A stretch of 64,000 bases of DNA, from contig OZ059894.1 in the NCBI GenBank assembly GCA_964057225.1, positions 24,242,001 through 24,306,000 of the forward strand, read 5' to 3'. The notes under the pieces are model-generated. The model was not told where the DNA came from. It searched no databases and worked only from the letters and a program-made list of their open reading frames with translations. Of the stretch, positions 11,601-27,600 are shown piece by piece (position 1 is the stretch's first letter; every line of letters starts with the position of its first letter). This stretch comes from Auanema rhodensis. Lineage: Eukaryota > Animalia > Nematoda. The position numbers and the translations under genes are program-made.

Positions 11601-14600
11601 TAAAAACAAATTTTTATTGATATTGGTTCATGGTAACCATGACTTTGAAATTTACGTGAACTTTAATTTATGCTAATTAAATGTACACGTGATGTGCACT
11701 TGGTATGTAACTCGCTTCACGTGAAAGATAAAGAGATGCGGTTTTCAAAATTAGATTCCCCATGTCCATATTAGTCTAAAAACAAATTTTTATTGATATT
11801 GGTGCATGGTAACCATGACTTTGAAATTTACGTGAACTTTAATTTATGCTAATTAAATGTACACGTGATGTGCACTTGGTATGTAACTCGCTTCACGTGA
11901 AAGATAAAGAGATGCGGTTTTCAAAATTAGATTCCCCATGTCCATATTAGTCTAAAAACAAATTTTTAGTGATATTGGTTCATGGTAACCATGACTTTGA
12001 AATTTACGTGAACTTTAATTTATGCTAATTAAATGTACACGTGATGTGCACTTGGTATGTAACTCGCTTCACGTGAAAGATAAAGAGATGCGGTTTTCAA
12101 AATTAGATTCCCCATGTCCATATTAATCTAAAAACAAATTTTTATTGATATTGGTGCATGGTAACCATGACTTTGAAATTTACGTGAACTTTAATTTATG
12201 CTAATTAAATGTACACGTGATGTGCCCTTGGTATGTAACTCGCTTCACGTGAAAGATAAAGAGATGCGGTTTTCAAAATTAGATTCCCCATGTCCATATT
12301 AGTCTAAAAACAAATTTTTATTGATATTGATTCATGGTAACCATGACTTTGAAATTTACGTGAACTTTAATTTATGCTAATTAAATGTACACGTGATGTG
12401 CACTTGGTATGTAACTCGCTTCACGTGAAAGATGAAGAGATGCGGTTTTCAAAATTAGATTCCCTATGTCCATATTAGTCTAAAAACAAATTTTTATTGA
12501 TATTGGTTCATGGTAACCATGACTTTGAAATTTACGTGAACTTTAATTTATGCTAATTAAATGTACACGTGATGTGCACTTGGTATGTAACTCGCTTCAC
12601 GTGAAAGATAAAGAGATGCGGTTTTCAAAATTAGATTCCCCATGTCCATATTAGTCTAAAAACAAATTTTTATTGATATTGGTTCATGGTAACCATGACT
12701 TTGAAATTTACGTGAACTTCAATTTATGCTAATTAAATGTACACGTGATGTGCACTTGGTATGTAACTCGCTTCACGTAAAAGATAAAGAGATGCGGTTT
12801 TCAAAATTAGATTCCCCATGTCCATATTAGTCTAAAAACAAATTTTTATTGATATTGGTGCATGGTAACCATGACTTTGAAATTTACGTGAACTTTAATT
12901 TATGCTAATTAAATGTACACGTGATGTGCACTTGGTATGTAACTCGCTTCACGTGAAAGATAAAGAGATGCGGTTTTCAAAATTAGATTCCCCATGTCCA
13001 TATTAGTCTAAAAACAAATTTTTATTGATATTGGTTCATGGTAACCATGACTTTGAAATTTACGTGAACTTTAATTTATGCTAATTAAATGTACACGTGA
13101 TGTGCACTTGGTATGTAACTCGCTTCACGTGAAAGATACAGAGATGCGGTTTTCAAAATTAGATTCCCCATGTCCATATTAGTCTAAAAACAAATTTTTA
13201 TTGATATTGGTGCATGGTAACCATGACTTTGAAATTTACGTGAACTTTAATTTATGCTAATTAAATGTACACGTGATGTGCACTTGGTATGTAACTCGCT
13301 TCACGTGAAAGATAAAGAGATGCGGTTTTCAAAATTAGATTCCCCATGTCCATATTAGTCTAAAAACAAATTTTTATTGATATTGGTGCATGGTAACCAT
13401 GACTTTGAAATTTACGTGAACTTTAATTTATGCTAATTAAATGTACACGTGATGTGCACTTGGTATGTAACTCGCTTCACGTGAAAGATAAAGAGATGCG
13501 GTTTTCAAAATTAAATTTCTCATGTCCATATTAGTCTAAAAACAAATTTTTATTGATAGTGGTGCATGGTAACCATGACTTTGAAATTTACGTGAACTTT
13601 AATTTATGCTAATTAAATGTACACGTGATGTGCACTTGGTATGTAACTCGCTTCACGTGAAAGATAAAGAGATGCGGTTTTCAAAATTAGATTCCCCATG
13701 TCCATATTAGTCTAAAAACAAATTTTTATTGATATTGGTTCATGGTAACCATGACTTTGAAATTTACGTGAACTTTAATTTATGCTAATTAAATGTACAC
13801 GTGATGTGCACTTGGTATGTAACTCGCTTCACGTGAAAGATAAAGAGATGCGGTTTTCAAAATTAGATTCCCCCCGTCCATATTAGTCTAAAAACAAATT
13901 TTTATTGATATTGGTTCATGGTAACCATGACTTTGAAATTTACGTGAACTTTAATTTATGCTAATTAAATGTACACGTGATGTGCACTTGGTATGTAACT
14001 CGCTTCACGTGAAAGATAAAGAGATGCGGTTTTCAAAATTAGATTCCTCATGTCCATATTAGTCTAAAAACAAATTTTTACTGATATTGGTTCATGGTAA
14101 CCATGACTTTGAAATTTACGTGAACTTCAATTTATGCTAATTAAATGTACACGTGATGTGCACTTGGTATGTAACTCGCTTCACGTGAAAGATGAAGAGA
14201 TGCGGTTTTCAAAATTAGATTTCCTATGTCCATATTAGTCTAAAAACAAATTTTTATTGATATTGGTTCATGGTAACCATGACTTTGAAATTTACGTGAA
14301 CTTTAATTTATGCTAATTAAATGTACACGTGATGTGCACTTGGTATGTAACTCGCTTCACGTGAAAGATAAAGAGATGCGGTTTTCAAAATTAGATTCCC
14401 CATGTCCATATTAGTCTAAAAACAAATTTTTATTGATATTGGTTCATGGTAACCATGACTTTGAAATTTACGTGAACTTTAATTTATGCTAGTTAAATGT
14501 ACACGTGATGTGCACTTGGTATGTAACTCGCTTCACGTGAAAGATAAAGAGATGCGGTTTTCAAAATTAGATTCCCCATGTCCATATTAGTCTAAAAACA

Positions 14601-16192
14601 AATTTTTATTGATATTGGTTCATGGTAACCATGACTTTGAAATTTACGTGAACTTCAATTTATGCTAATTAAATGTACACGTGATGTGCACTTGGTATGT
14701 AACTCGCTTCACGTGAAAGATGAAGAGATGCGGTTTTCAAAATTAGATTCCCTATGTCCATATTAGTCTAAAAACAAATTTTTATTGATATTGGTTCATG
14801 GTAACCATGACTTTGAAATTTACGTGAACTTTAATTTATGCTAATTAAATGTACACGTGATGGGCACTTGGTATGTAACTCGCTTCACGTGAAAGATAAA
14901 GAGATGCGGTTTTCAAAATTAGATTCCCCATGTCCATATTAGTCTAAAAACAAATTTTTATTGATATTGGTGCATGGTAACCATGACTTTGAAATTTACG
15001 TGAACTTTAATTTATGCTAATTAAATGTACACGTGATGTGCACTTGGTATGTAACTCGCTTCACGTGAAAGATAAAGAGATGCGGTTTTCAAAATTAGAT
15101 TCCCCATGTCCATATTAGTCTAAAAACAAATTTTTATTGATATTGGTTCATGGTAACCATGACTTTGAAATTTACGTGAACTTTAATTTATGCTAATTAA
15201 ATGTACACGTGATGTGCACTTGGTATGTAACTCGCTTCACGTGAAAGATAAAGAGATGCGGTTTTCAAAATTAGATTCCCCATGTCCATATTAGTCTAAA
15301 AACAAATTTTTATTGATATTGGTGCATGGTAACCATGACTTTGAAATTTACGTGAACTTTAATTTATGCTAATTAAATGTACACGTGATGTGCACTTGGT
15401 ATGTAACTCGCTTCACGTGAAAGATAAAGAGATGCGGTTTTCAAAATTAGATTCCCCATGTCCATATTAGTCTAAAAACAAATTTTTATTGATATTGGTT
15501 CATGGTAACCATGACTTTGAAATTTACGTGAACTTTAATTTATGCTAATTAAATGTACACGTGATGTGCACTTGGTATGTAACTCGCTTCACGTGAAAGA
15601 TAAAGAGATGCGGTTTTCAAAATTAGATTCCCCATGTCCATATTAGTCTAAAAACAAATTTTTATTGATATTGGTTCATGGTAACCATGACTTTGAAATT
15701 TACGTGAACTTCAATTTATGCTAATTAAATGTACACGTGATGTGCACTTGATATGTAACTCGCTTCACGTGAAAGATAAAGAGATGCGGTTTCCAAAATT
15801 AGATTCCCCATGTCCATATTAGTCTAAAAACAAATTTTTATTGATATTGGTGCATGGTAACCATGACTTTGAAATTTACGTGAACTTTAATTTATGCTAA
15901 TTAAATGTACACGTGATGTGCACTTGGTATGTAACTCGCTTCACGTGAACGATAAAGAGATGCGGTTTTCAAAATTAGATTCCCCATGTCCATATTAGTC
16001 TAAAAACAAATTTTTATTGATATTGGTTCATGGTAACCATGACTTTGAAATTTACGTGAACTTTAATTTATGCTAATTAAATGTACACGTGATGTGCACT
16101 TGGTATGTAACTCGCTTCACGTGAAAGATAAAGAGATGCGGTTTTCAAAATTAGATTCCCCATGTCCATATTAGTCTAAAAACAAATTTTTA

Positions 16193-19100
16193 TTGATATT
16201 GGTGCATGGTAACCATGACTTTGAAATTTACGTGAACTTTAATTTATGCTAATTAAATGTACACGTGATGTGCACTTGGTATGTAACTCGCTTCACGTGA
16301 AAGATAAAGAGATGCGGTTTTCAAAATTAGATTCCCCATGTCCATATTAGTCTAAAAACAAATTTTTATTGATATTGGTTCATGGTAACCATGACTTTGA
16401 AATTTACGTGAACTTTAATTTATGCTAATTAAATGTACACGTGATGTGCACTTGGTATGTAACTCGCTTCACGTGAAAGATAAAGAGATGCGGTTTTCAA
16501 AATTAGATTCCCCATGTCCATATTAGTCTAAAAACAAATTTTTATTGATATTGGTGCATGGTAACCATGACTTTGAAATTTACGTGAACTTTAATTTATT
16601 CTAATTAAATGTACACGTGATGTGCCCTTGGTATGTAACTCGCTTCACGTGAAAGATAAAGAGATGCGGTTTTCAAAATTAGATTCCCCATGTCCATATT
16701 AGTCTAAAAACAAATTTTTATTGATATTGGTGCATGGTAACCATGACTTTGAAATTTACGTGAACTTTAATTTATGCTAATTAAATGTACACGTGATGTG
16801 CACTTGGTATGTAACTCGCTTCACGTGAAAGATAAAGAGATGCGGTTTTCAAAATTAGATTCCCCATGTCCATATTAGTCTAAAAACAAATTTTTATTGA
16901 TATTGGTTCATGGTAACCATGACTTTGAAATTTACGTGAACTTTAATTTATGCTAATTAAATGTACACGTGATGTGCACTTGGTATGTAACTCGCTTCAC
17001 GTGAAAGATAAAGAGATGCGGTTTTCAAAATTAGATTCCCCATGTCCATATTAGTCTAAAAACAAGTTTTTATTGATATTGGTTCATGGTAACCATGACT
17101 TTGAAATTTACGTGAACTTCAATTTATGCTAATTAAATGTACACGTGATGTGCACTTGGTATGTAACTCGCTTCACGTGAAAGATAAAGAGATGCGGTTT
17201 CCAAAATTAGATTCCCCATGTCCATATTAGTCTAAAAACAAATTTTTATTGATATTGGTGCATGGTAACCATGACTTTGAAATTTACGTGAACTTTAATT
17301 TATGCTAATTAAATGTACACGTGATGTGCACTTGGTATGTAACTCGCTTCACGTGAACGATAAAGAGATGCGGTTTTCAAAATTAGATTCCCCATGTCCA
17401 TATTAGTCTAAAAACAAATTTTTATTGATATTGGTTCATGGTAACCATGACTTTGAAATTTACGTGAACTTTAATTTATGCTAATTAAATGTACACGTGA
17501 TGTGCACTTGGTATGTAACTCGCTTCACGTGAAAGATAAAGAGATGCGGTTTTCAAAATTAGATTCCCCATGTCCATATTAGTCTAAAAACAAATTTTTA
17601 TTGATATTGGTGCATGGTAACCATGACTTTGAAATTTACGTGAACTTTAATTTATGCTAATTAAATGTACACGTGATGTGCACTTGGTATGTAACTCGCT
17701 TCACGTGAAAGATAAAGAGATGCGGTTTTCAAAATTAGATTCCCCATGTCCATATTAGTCTAAAAACAAATTTTTAGTGATATTGGTTCATGGTAACCAT
17801 GACTTTGAAATTTACGTGAACTTTAATTTATGCTAATTAAATGTACACGTGATGTGCACTTGGTATGTAACTCGCTTCACGTGAAAGATAAAGAGATGCG
17901 GTTTTCAAAATTAGATTCCCCATGTCCATATTAATCTAAAAACAAATTTTTATTGATATTGGTGCATGGTAACCATGACTTTGAAATTTACGTGAACTTT
18001 AATTTATGCTAATTAAATGTACACGTGATGTGCCCTTGGTATGTAACTCGCTTCACGTGAAAGATAAAGAGATGCGGTTTTCAAAATTAGATTCCCCATG
18101 TCCATATTAGTCTAAAAACAAATTTTTATTGATATTGGTGCATGGTAACCATGACTTTGAAATTTACGTGAACTTTAATTTATGTTAATTAAATGTACAC
18201 GTGATGTGCACTTGGTATGTAACTCGCTTCACGTGAAAGATAAAGAGATGCGTTTTTCAAAATTAGATTCCCCATGTCCATATTAGTCTAAAAACAAATT
18301 TTTGTTGATATTGATTCATGGTAACCATGACTTTGAAATTTACGTGAACTTTAATTTATGCTAATTAAATGTACACGTGATGTGCACTTGGTATGTAACT
18401 CGCTTCACGTGAAAGATGAAGAGATGCGGTTTTCAAAATTAGATTCCCTATGTCCATATTAGTCTAAAAACAAATTTTTATTGATATTGGTTCATGGTAA
18501 CCATGACTTTGAAATTTACGTGAACTTTAATTTATGCTAATTAAATGTACACGTGATGTGCACTTGGTATGTAACTCGCTTCACGTGAAAGATAAAGAGA
18601 TGCGGTTTTCAAAATTAGATTCCCCATGTCCATATTAGTCTAAAAACAAATTTTTATTGATATTGGTTCATGGTAACCATGACTTTGAAATTTACGTGAA
18701 CTTCAATTTATGCTAATTAAATGTACACGTGATGTGCACTTGGTATGTAACTCGCTTCACGTAAAAGATAAAGAGATGCGGTTTTCAAAATTAGATTCCC
18801 CATGTCCATATTAGTCTAAAAACAAATTTTTATTGATATTGGTGCATGGTAACCATGACTTTGAAATTTACGTGAACTTTAATTTATGCTAATTAAATGT
18901 ACACGTGATGTGCACTTGGTATGTAACTCGCTTCACGTGAAAGATAAAGAGATGCGGTTTTCAAAATTAGATTCCCCATGTCCATATTAGTCTAAAAACA
19001 AATTTTTATTGATATTGGTTCATGGTAACCATGACTTTGAAATTTACGTGAACTTTAATTTATGCTAATTAAATGTACACGTGATGTGCACTTGGTATGT

Positions 19101-21648
19101 AACTCGCTTCACGTGAAAGATAAAGAGATGCGGTTTTCAAAATTAGATTCCCCATGTCCATATTAGTCTAAAAACAAATTTTTATTGATATTGGTGCATG
19201 GTAACCATGACTTTGAAATTTACGTGAACTTTAATTTATTCTAATTAAATGTACACGTGATGTGCCCTTGGTATGTAACTCGCTTCACGTGAAAGATAAA
19301 GAGATGCGGTTTTCAAAATTAGATTCCCCATGTCCATATTAGTCTAAAAACAAATTTTTATTGATATTGGTGCATGGTAACCATGACTTTGAAATTTACG
19401 TGAACTTTAATTTATGCTAATTAAATGTACACGTGATGTGCACTTGGTATGTAACTCGCTTCACGTGAAAGATAAAGAGATGCGGTTTTCAAAATTAGAT
19501 TCCCCATGTCCATATTAGTCTAAAAACAAATTTTTATTGATATTGGTTCATGGTAACCATGACTTTGAAATTTACGTGAACTTTAATTTATGCTAATTAA
19601 ATGTACACGTGATGTGCACTTGGTATGTAACTCGCTTCACGTGAAAGATAAAGAGATGCGGTTTTCAAAATTAGATTCCCCATGTCCATATTAGTCTAAA
19701 AACAAGTTTTTATTGATATTGGTTCATGGTAACCATGACTTTGAAATTTACGTGAACTTCAATTTATGCTAATTAAATGTACACGTGATGTGCACTTGGT
19801 ATGTAACTCGCTTCACGTGAAAGATAAAGAGATGCGGTTTCCAAAATTAGATTCCCCATGTCCATATTAGTCTAAAAACAAATTTTTATTGATATTGGTG
19901 CATGGTAACCATGACTTTGAAATTTACGTGAACTTTAATTTATGCTAATTAAATGTACACGTGATGTGCACTTGGTATGTAACTCGCTTCACGTGAACGA
20001 TAAAGAGATGCGGTTTTCAAAATTAGATTCCCCATGTCCATATTAGTCTAAAAACAAATTTTTATTGATATTGGTTCATGGTAACCATGACTTTGAAATT
20101 TACGTGAACTTTAATTTATGCTAATTAAATGTACACGTGATGTGCACTTGGTATGTAACTCGCTTCACGTGAAAGATAAAGAGATGCGGTTTTCAAAATT
20201 AGATTCCCCATGTCCATATTAGTCTAAAAACAAATTTTTATTGATATTGGTGCATGGTAACCATGACTTTGAAATTTACGTGAACTTTAATTTATGCTAA
20301 TTAAATGTACACGTGATGTGCACTTGGTATGTAACTCGCTTCACGTGAAAGATAAAGAGATGCGGTTTTCAAAATTAGATTCCCCATGTCCATATTAGTC
20401 TAAAAACAAATTTTTAGTGATATTGGTTCATGGTAACCATGACTTTGAAATTTACGTGAACTTTAATTTATGCTAATTAAATGTACACGTGATGTGCACT
20501 TGGTATGTAACTCGCTTCACGTGAAAGATAAAGAGATGCGGTTTTCAAAATTAGATTCCCCATGTCCATATTAATCTAAAAACAAATTTTTATTGATATT
20601 GGTGCATGGTAACCATGACTTTGAAATTTACGTGAACTTTAATTTATGCTAATTAAATGTACACGTGATGTGCCCTTGGTATGTAACTCGCTTCACGTGA
20701 AAGATAAAGAGATGCGGTTTTCAAAATTAGATTCCCCATGTCCATATTAGTCTAAAAACAAATTTTTATTGATATTGGTGCATGGTAACCATGACTTTGA
20801 AATTTACGTGAACTTTAATTTATGTTAATTAAATGTACACGTGATGTGCACTTGGTATGTAACTCGCTTCACGTGAAAGATAAAGAGATGCGTTTTTCAA
20901 AATTAGATTCCCCATGTCCATATTAGTCTAAAAACAAATTTTTGTTGATATTGATTCATGGTAACCATGACTTTGAAATTTACGTGAACTTTAATTTATG
21001 CTAATTAAATGTACACGTGATGTGCACTTGGTATGTAACTCGCTTCACGTGAAAGATGAAGAGATGCGGTTTTCAAAATTAGATTCCCTATGTCCATATT
21101 AGTCTAAAAACAAATTTTTATTGATATTGGTTCATGGTAACCATGACTTTGAAATTTACGTGAACTTTAATTTATGCTAATTAAATGTACACGTGATGTG
21201 CACTTGGTATGTAACTCGCTTCACGTGAAAGATAAAGAGATGCGGTTTTCAAAATTAGATTCCCCATGTCCATATTAGTCTAAAAACAAATTTTTATTGA
21301 TATTGGTTCATGGTAACCATGACTTTGAAATTTACGTGAACTTCAATTTATGCTAATTAAATGTACACGTGATGTGCACTTGGTATGTAACTCGCTTCAC
21401 GTAAAAGATAAAGAGATGCGGTTTTCAAAATTAGATTCCCCATGTCCATATTAGTCTAAAAACAAATTTTTATTGATATTGGTGCATGGTAACCATGACT
21501 TTGAAATTTACGTGAACTTTAATTTATGCTAATTAAATGTACACGTGATGTGCACTTGGTATGTAACTCGCTTCACGTGAAAGATAAAGAGATGCGGTTT
21601 TCAAAATTAGATTCCCCATGTCCATATTAGTCTAAAAACAAATTTTTA
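16193..21648. repeat. 15-monomer (2640 bp) tandem block duplication
   Basis: Diagnostic monomers recur at exactly +2640: p56T+p82C (16545/19185), p1G+p158A (17777/20417), p57T+p125T+p176G (18129/20769) and p10A (18305/20945). I saw no differences between the copies. Confidence 0.92.
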
Positions 21649-24600
21649 TTGATATTGGTTCATGGTAACCATGACTTTGAAATTTACGTGAACTTTAATT
21701 TATGCTAATTAAATGTACACGTGATGTGCACTTGGTATGTAACTCGCTTCACGTGAAAGATACAGAGATGCGGTTTTCAAAATTAGATTCCCCATGTCCA
21801 TATTAGTCTAAAAACAAATTTTTATTGATATTGGTGCATGGTAACCATGACTTTGAAATTTACGTGAACTTTAATTTATGCTAATTAAATGTACACGTGA
21901 TGTGCACTTGGTATGTAACTCGCTTCACGTGAAAGATAAAGAGATGCGGTTTTCAAAATTAGATTCCCCATGTCCATATTAGTCTAAAAACAAATTTTTA
22001 TTGATATTGGTGCATGGTAACCATGACTTTGAAATTTACGTGAACTTTAATTTATGCTAATTAAATGTACACGTGATGTGCACTTGGTATGTAACTCGCT
22101 TCACGTGAAAGATAAAGAGATGCGGTTTTCAAAATTAAATTTCCCATGTCCATATTAGTCTAAAAACAAATTTTTATTGATAGTGGTGCATGGTAACCAT
22201 GACTTTGAAATTTACGTGAACTTTAATTTATGCTAATTAAATGTACACGTGATGTGCACTTGGTATGTAACTCGCTTCACGTGAAAGATAAAGAGATGCG
22301 GTTTTCAAAATTAGATTCCCCATGTCCATATTAGTCTAAAAACAAATTTTTATTGATATTGGTTCATGGTAACCATGACTTTGAAATTTACGTGAACTTT
22401 AATTTATGCTAATTAAATGTACACGTGATGTGCACTTGGTATGTAACTCGCTTCACGTGAAAGATAAAGAGATGCGGTTTTCAAAATTAGATTCCCCCTG
22501 TCCATATTAGTCTAAAAACAAATTTTTATTGATATTGGTTCATGGTAACCATGACTTTGAAATTTACGTGAACTTTAATTTATGCTAATTAAATGTACAC
22601 GTGATGTGCACTTGGTATGTAACTCGCTTCACGTGAAAGATAAAGAGATGCGGTTTTCAAAATTAGATTCCTCATGTCCATATTAGTCTAAAAACAAATT
22701 TTTATTGATATTGGTTCATGGTAACCATGACTTTGAAATTTACGTGAACTTCAATTTATGCTAATTAAATGTACACGTGATGTGCACTTGGTATGTAACT
22801 CGCTTCACGTGAAAGATGAAGAGATGCGGTTTTCAAAATTAGATTTCCTATGTCCATATTAGTCTAAAAACAAATTTTTATTGATATTGGTTCATGGTAA
22901 CCATGACTTTGAAATTTACGTGAACTTTAATTTATGCTAATTAAATGTACACGTGATGTGCACTTGGTATGTAACTCGCTTCACGTGAAAGATAAAGAGA
23001 TGCGGTTTTCAAAATTAGATTCCCCATGTCCATATTAGTCTAAAAACAAATTTTTATTGATATTGGTTCATGGTAACCATGACTTTGAAATTTACGTGAA
23101 CTTTAATTTATGCTAGTTAAATGTACACGTGATGTGCACTTGGTATGTAACTCGCTTCACGTGAAAGATAAAGAGATGCGGTTTTCAAAATTAGATTCCC
23201 CATGTCCATATTAGTCTAAAAACAAATTTTTATTGATATTGGTTCATGGTAACCATGACTTTGAAATTTACGTGAACTTCAATTTATGCTAATTAAATGT
23301 ACACGTGATGTGCACTTGGTATGTAACTCGCTTCACGTGAAAGATGAAGAGATGCGGTTTTCAAAATTAGATTCCCTATGTCCATATTAGTCTAAAAACA
23401 AATTTTTATTGATATTGGTTCATGGTAACCATGACTTTGAAATTTACGTGAACTTTAATTTATGCTAATTAAATGTACACGTGATGGGCACTTGGTATGT
23501 AACTCGCTTCACGTGAAAGATAAAGAGATGCGGTTTTCAAAATTAGATTCCCCATGTCCATATTAGTCTAAAAACAAATTTTTATTGATATTGGTGCATG
23601 GTAACCATGACTTTGAAATTTACGTGAACTTTAATTTATGCTAATTAAATGTACACGTGATGTGCACTTGGTATGTAACTCGCTTCACGTGAAAGATAAA
23701 GAGATGCGGTTTTCAAAATTAGATTCCCCATGTCCATATTAGTCTAAAAACAAATTTTTATTGATATTGGTTCATGGTAACCATGACTTTGAAATTTACG
23801 TGAACTTTAATTTATGCTAATTAAATGTACACGTGATGTGCACTTGGTATGTAACTCGCTTCACGTGAAAGATAAAGAGATGCGGTTTTCAAAATTAGAT
23901 TCCCCATGTCCATATTAGTCTAAAAACAAATTTTTATTGATATTGGTGCATGGTAACCATGACTTTGAAATTTACGTGAACTTTAATTTATGCTAATTAA
24001 ATGTACACGTGATGTGCCCTCGGTATGTAACTCGCTTCACGTGAAAGATAAAGAGATGCGGTTTTCAAAATTAGATTCCCCATGTCCATATTAGTCTAAA
24101 AACAAATTTTTATTGATATTGGTGCATGGTAACCATGACTTTGAAATTTACGTGAACTTTAATTTATGCTAATTAAATGTACACGTGATGTGCACTTGGT
24201 ATGTAACTCGCTTCACGTGAAAGATAAAGAGATGCGGTTTTCAAAATTAGATTCCCCATGTCCATATTAGTCTAAAAACAAATTTTTATTGATATTGGTT
24301 CATGGTAACCATGACTTTGAAATTTACGTGAACTTCAATTTATGCTAATTAAATGTACACGTGATGTGCACTTGGTATGTAACTCGCTTCACGTGAAAGA
24401 TGAAGAGATGCGGTTTTCAAAATTAGATTTCCTATGTCCATATTAGTCTAAAAACAAATTTTTATTGATATTGGTTCATGGTAACCATGACTTTGAAATT
24501 TAAGTGAACTTTAATTTATGCTAATTAAATGTACACGTGATGTGCACTTGGTATGTAACTCGCTTCACGTGAAAGATAAAGAGATGCGGTTTTCAAAATT

Positions 24601-27600
24601 AGATTCCCCATGTCCATATTAGTCTAAAAACAAATTTTTATTGATATTGGTTCATGGTAACCATGACTTTGAAATTTACGTGAACTTCAATTTATGCTAA
24701 TTAAATGTACACGTGATGTGCACTTGGTATGTAACTCGCTTCACGTGAAAGATGAAGAGATGCGGTTTTCAAAATTAGATTCCCTATGTCCATATTAGTC
24801 TAAAAACAAATTTTTATTGATATTGGTTCATGGTAACCATGACTTTGAAATTTACGTGAACTTTAATTTATGCTAATTAAATGTACACGTGATGTGCACT
24901 TGGTATGTAACTCGCTTCACGTGAAAGATAAAGAGATGCGGTTTTCAAAATTAGATTTCCCATGTCCATATTAGTCTAAAAACAAATTTTTATTGATATT
25001 GGTTCATGGTAACCATGACTTTGAAATTTACGTGAACTTCAATTTATGCTAATTAAATGTACACGTGATGTGCACTTGGTATGTAACTCGCTTCACGTAA
25101 AAGATAAAGAGATGCGGTTTTCAAAATTAGATTCCCCATGTCCATATTAGTCTAAAAACAAATTTTTATTGATATTGGTTCATGGTAACCATGACTTTGA
25201 AATTTACGTGAACTTTAATTTATGCTAATTAAATGTACACGTGATGTGCACTTGGTATGTAACTCGCTTCACGTGAAAGATAAAGAGATGCGGTTTTCAA
25301 AATTAGATTCCCCATGTCCATATTAGTCTAAAAACAAGTTTTTATTGATATTGGTTCATGGTAACCATGACTTTGAAATTTACGTGAACTTCAATTTATG
25401 CTAATTAAATGTACACGTGATGTGCACTTGGTATGTAACTCGCTTCACGTGAAAGATAAAGAGATGCGGTTTCCAAAATTAGATTCCCCATGTCCATATT
25501 AGTCTAAAAACAAATTTTTATTGATATTGGTGCATGGTAACCATGACTTTGAAATTTACGTGAACTTTAATTTATGCTAATTAAATGTACACGTGATGTG
25601 CACTTGGTATGTAACTCGCTTCACGTGAACGATAAAGAGATGCGGTTTTCAAAATTAGATTCCCCATGTCCATATTAGTCTAAAAACAAATTTTTATTGA
25701 TATTGGTTCATGGTAACCATGACTTTGAAATTTACGTGAACTTTAATTTATGCTAATTAAATGTACACGTGATGTGCACTTGGTATGTAACTCGCTTCAC
25801 GTGAAAGATAAAGAGATGCGGTTTTCAAAATTAGATTCCCCATGTCCATATTAGTCTAAAAACAAATTTTTATTGATATTGGTGCATGGTAACCATGACT
25901 TTGAAATTTACGTGAACTTTAATTTATGCTAATTAAATGTACACGTGATGTGCACTTGGTATGTAACTCGCTTCACGTGAAAGATAAAGAGATGCGGTTT
26001 TCAAAATTAGATTCCCCATGTCCATATTAGTCTAAAAACAAATTTTTAGTGATATTGGTTCATGGTAACCATGACTTTGAAATTTACGTGAACTTTAATT
26101 TATGCTAATTAAATGTACACGTGATGTGCACTTGGTATGTAACTCGCTTCACGTGAAAGATAAAGAGATGCGGTTTTCAAAATTAGATTCCCCATGTCCA
26201 TATTAATCTAAAAACAAATTTTTATTGATATTGGTGCATGGTAACCATGACTTTGAAATTTACGTGAACTTTAATTTATGCTAATTAAATGTACACGTGA
26301 TGTGCCCTTGGTATGTAACTCGCTTCACGTGAAAGATAAAGAGATGCGGTTTTCAAAATTAGATTCCCCATGTCCATATTAGTCTAAAAACAAATTTTTA
26401 TTGATATTGGTGCATGGTAACCATGACTTTGAAATTTACGTGAACTTTAATTTATGTTAATTAAATGTACACGTGATGTGCACTTGGTATGTAACTCGCT
26501 TCACGTGAAAGATAAAGAGATGCGTTTTTCAAAATTAGATTCCCCATGTCCATATTAGTCTAAAAACAAATTTTTGTTGATATTGATTCATGGTAACCAT
26601 GACTTTGAAATTTACGTGAACTTTAATTTATGCTAATTAAATGTACACGTGATGTGCACTTGGTATGTAACTCGCTTCACGTGAAAGATGAAGAGATGCG
26701 GTTTTCAAAATTAGATTCCCTATGTCCATATTAGTCTAAAAACAAATTTTTATTGATATTGGTTCATGGTAACCATGACTTTGAAATTTACGTGAACTTT
26801 AATTTATGCTAATTAAATGTACACGTGATGTGCACTTGGTATGTAACTCGCTTCACGTGAAAGATAAAGAGATGCGGTTTTCAAAATTAGATTCCCCATG
26901 TCCATATTAGTCTAAAAACAAATTTTTATTGATATTGGTTCATGGTAACCATGACTTTGAAATTTACGTGAACTTCAATTTATGCTAATTAAATGTACAC
27001 GTGATGTGCACTTGGTATGTAACTCGCTTCACGTAAAAGATAAAGAGATGCGGTTTTCAAAATTAGATTCCCCATGTCCATATTAGTCTAAAAACAAATT
27101 TTTATTGATATTGGTGCATGGTAACCATGACTTTGAAATTTACGTGAACTTTAATTTATGCTAATTAAATGTACACGTGATGTGCACTTGGTATGTAACT
27201 CGCTTCACGTGAAAGATAAAGAGATGCGGTTTTCAAAATTAGATTCCCCATGTCCATATTAGTCTAAAAACAAATTTTTATTGATATTGGTTCATGGTAA
27301 CCATGACTTTGAAATTTACGTGAACTTTAATTTATGCTAATTAAATGTACACGTGATGTGCACTTGGTATGTAACTCGCTTCACGTGAAAGATACAGAGA
27401 TGCGGTTTTCAAAATTAGATTCCCCATGTCCATATTAGTCTAAAAACAAATTTTTATTGATATTGGTGCATGGTAACCATGACTTTGAAATTTACGTGAA
27501 CTTTAATTTATGCTAATTAAATGTACACGTGATGTGCACTTGGTATGTAACTCGCTTCACGTGAAAGATAAAGAGATGCGGTTTTCAAAATTAGATTCCC

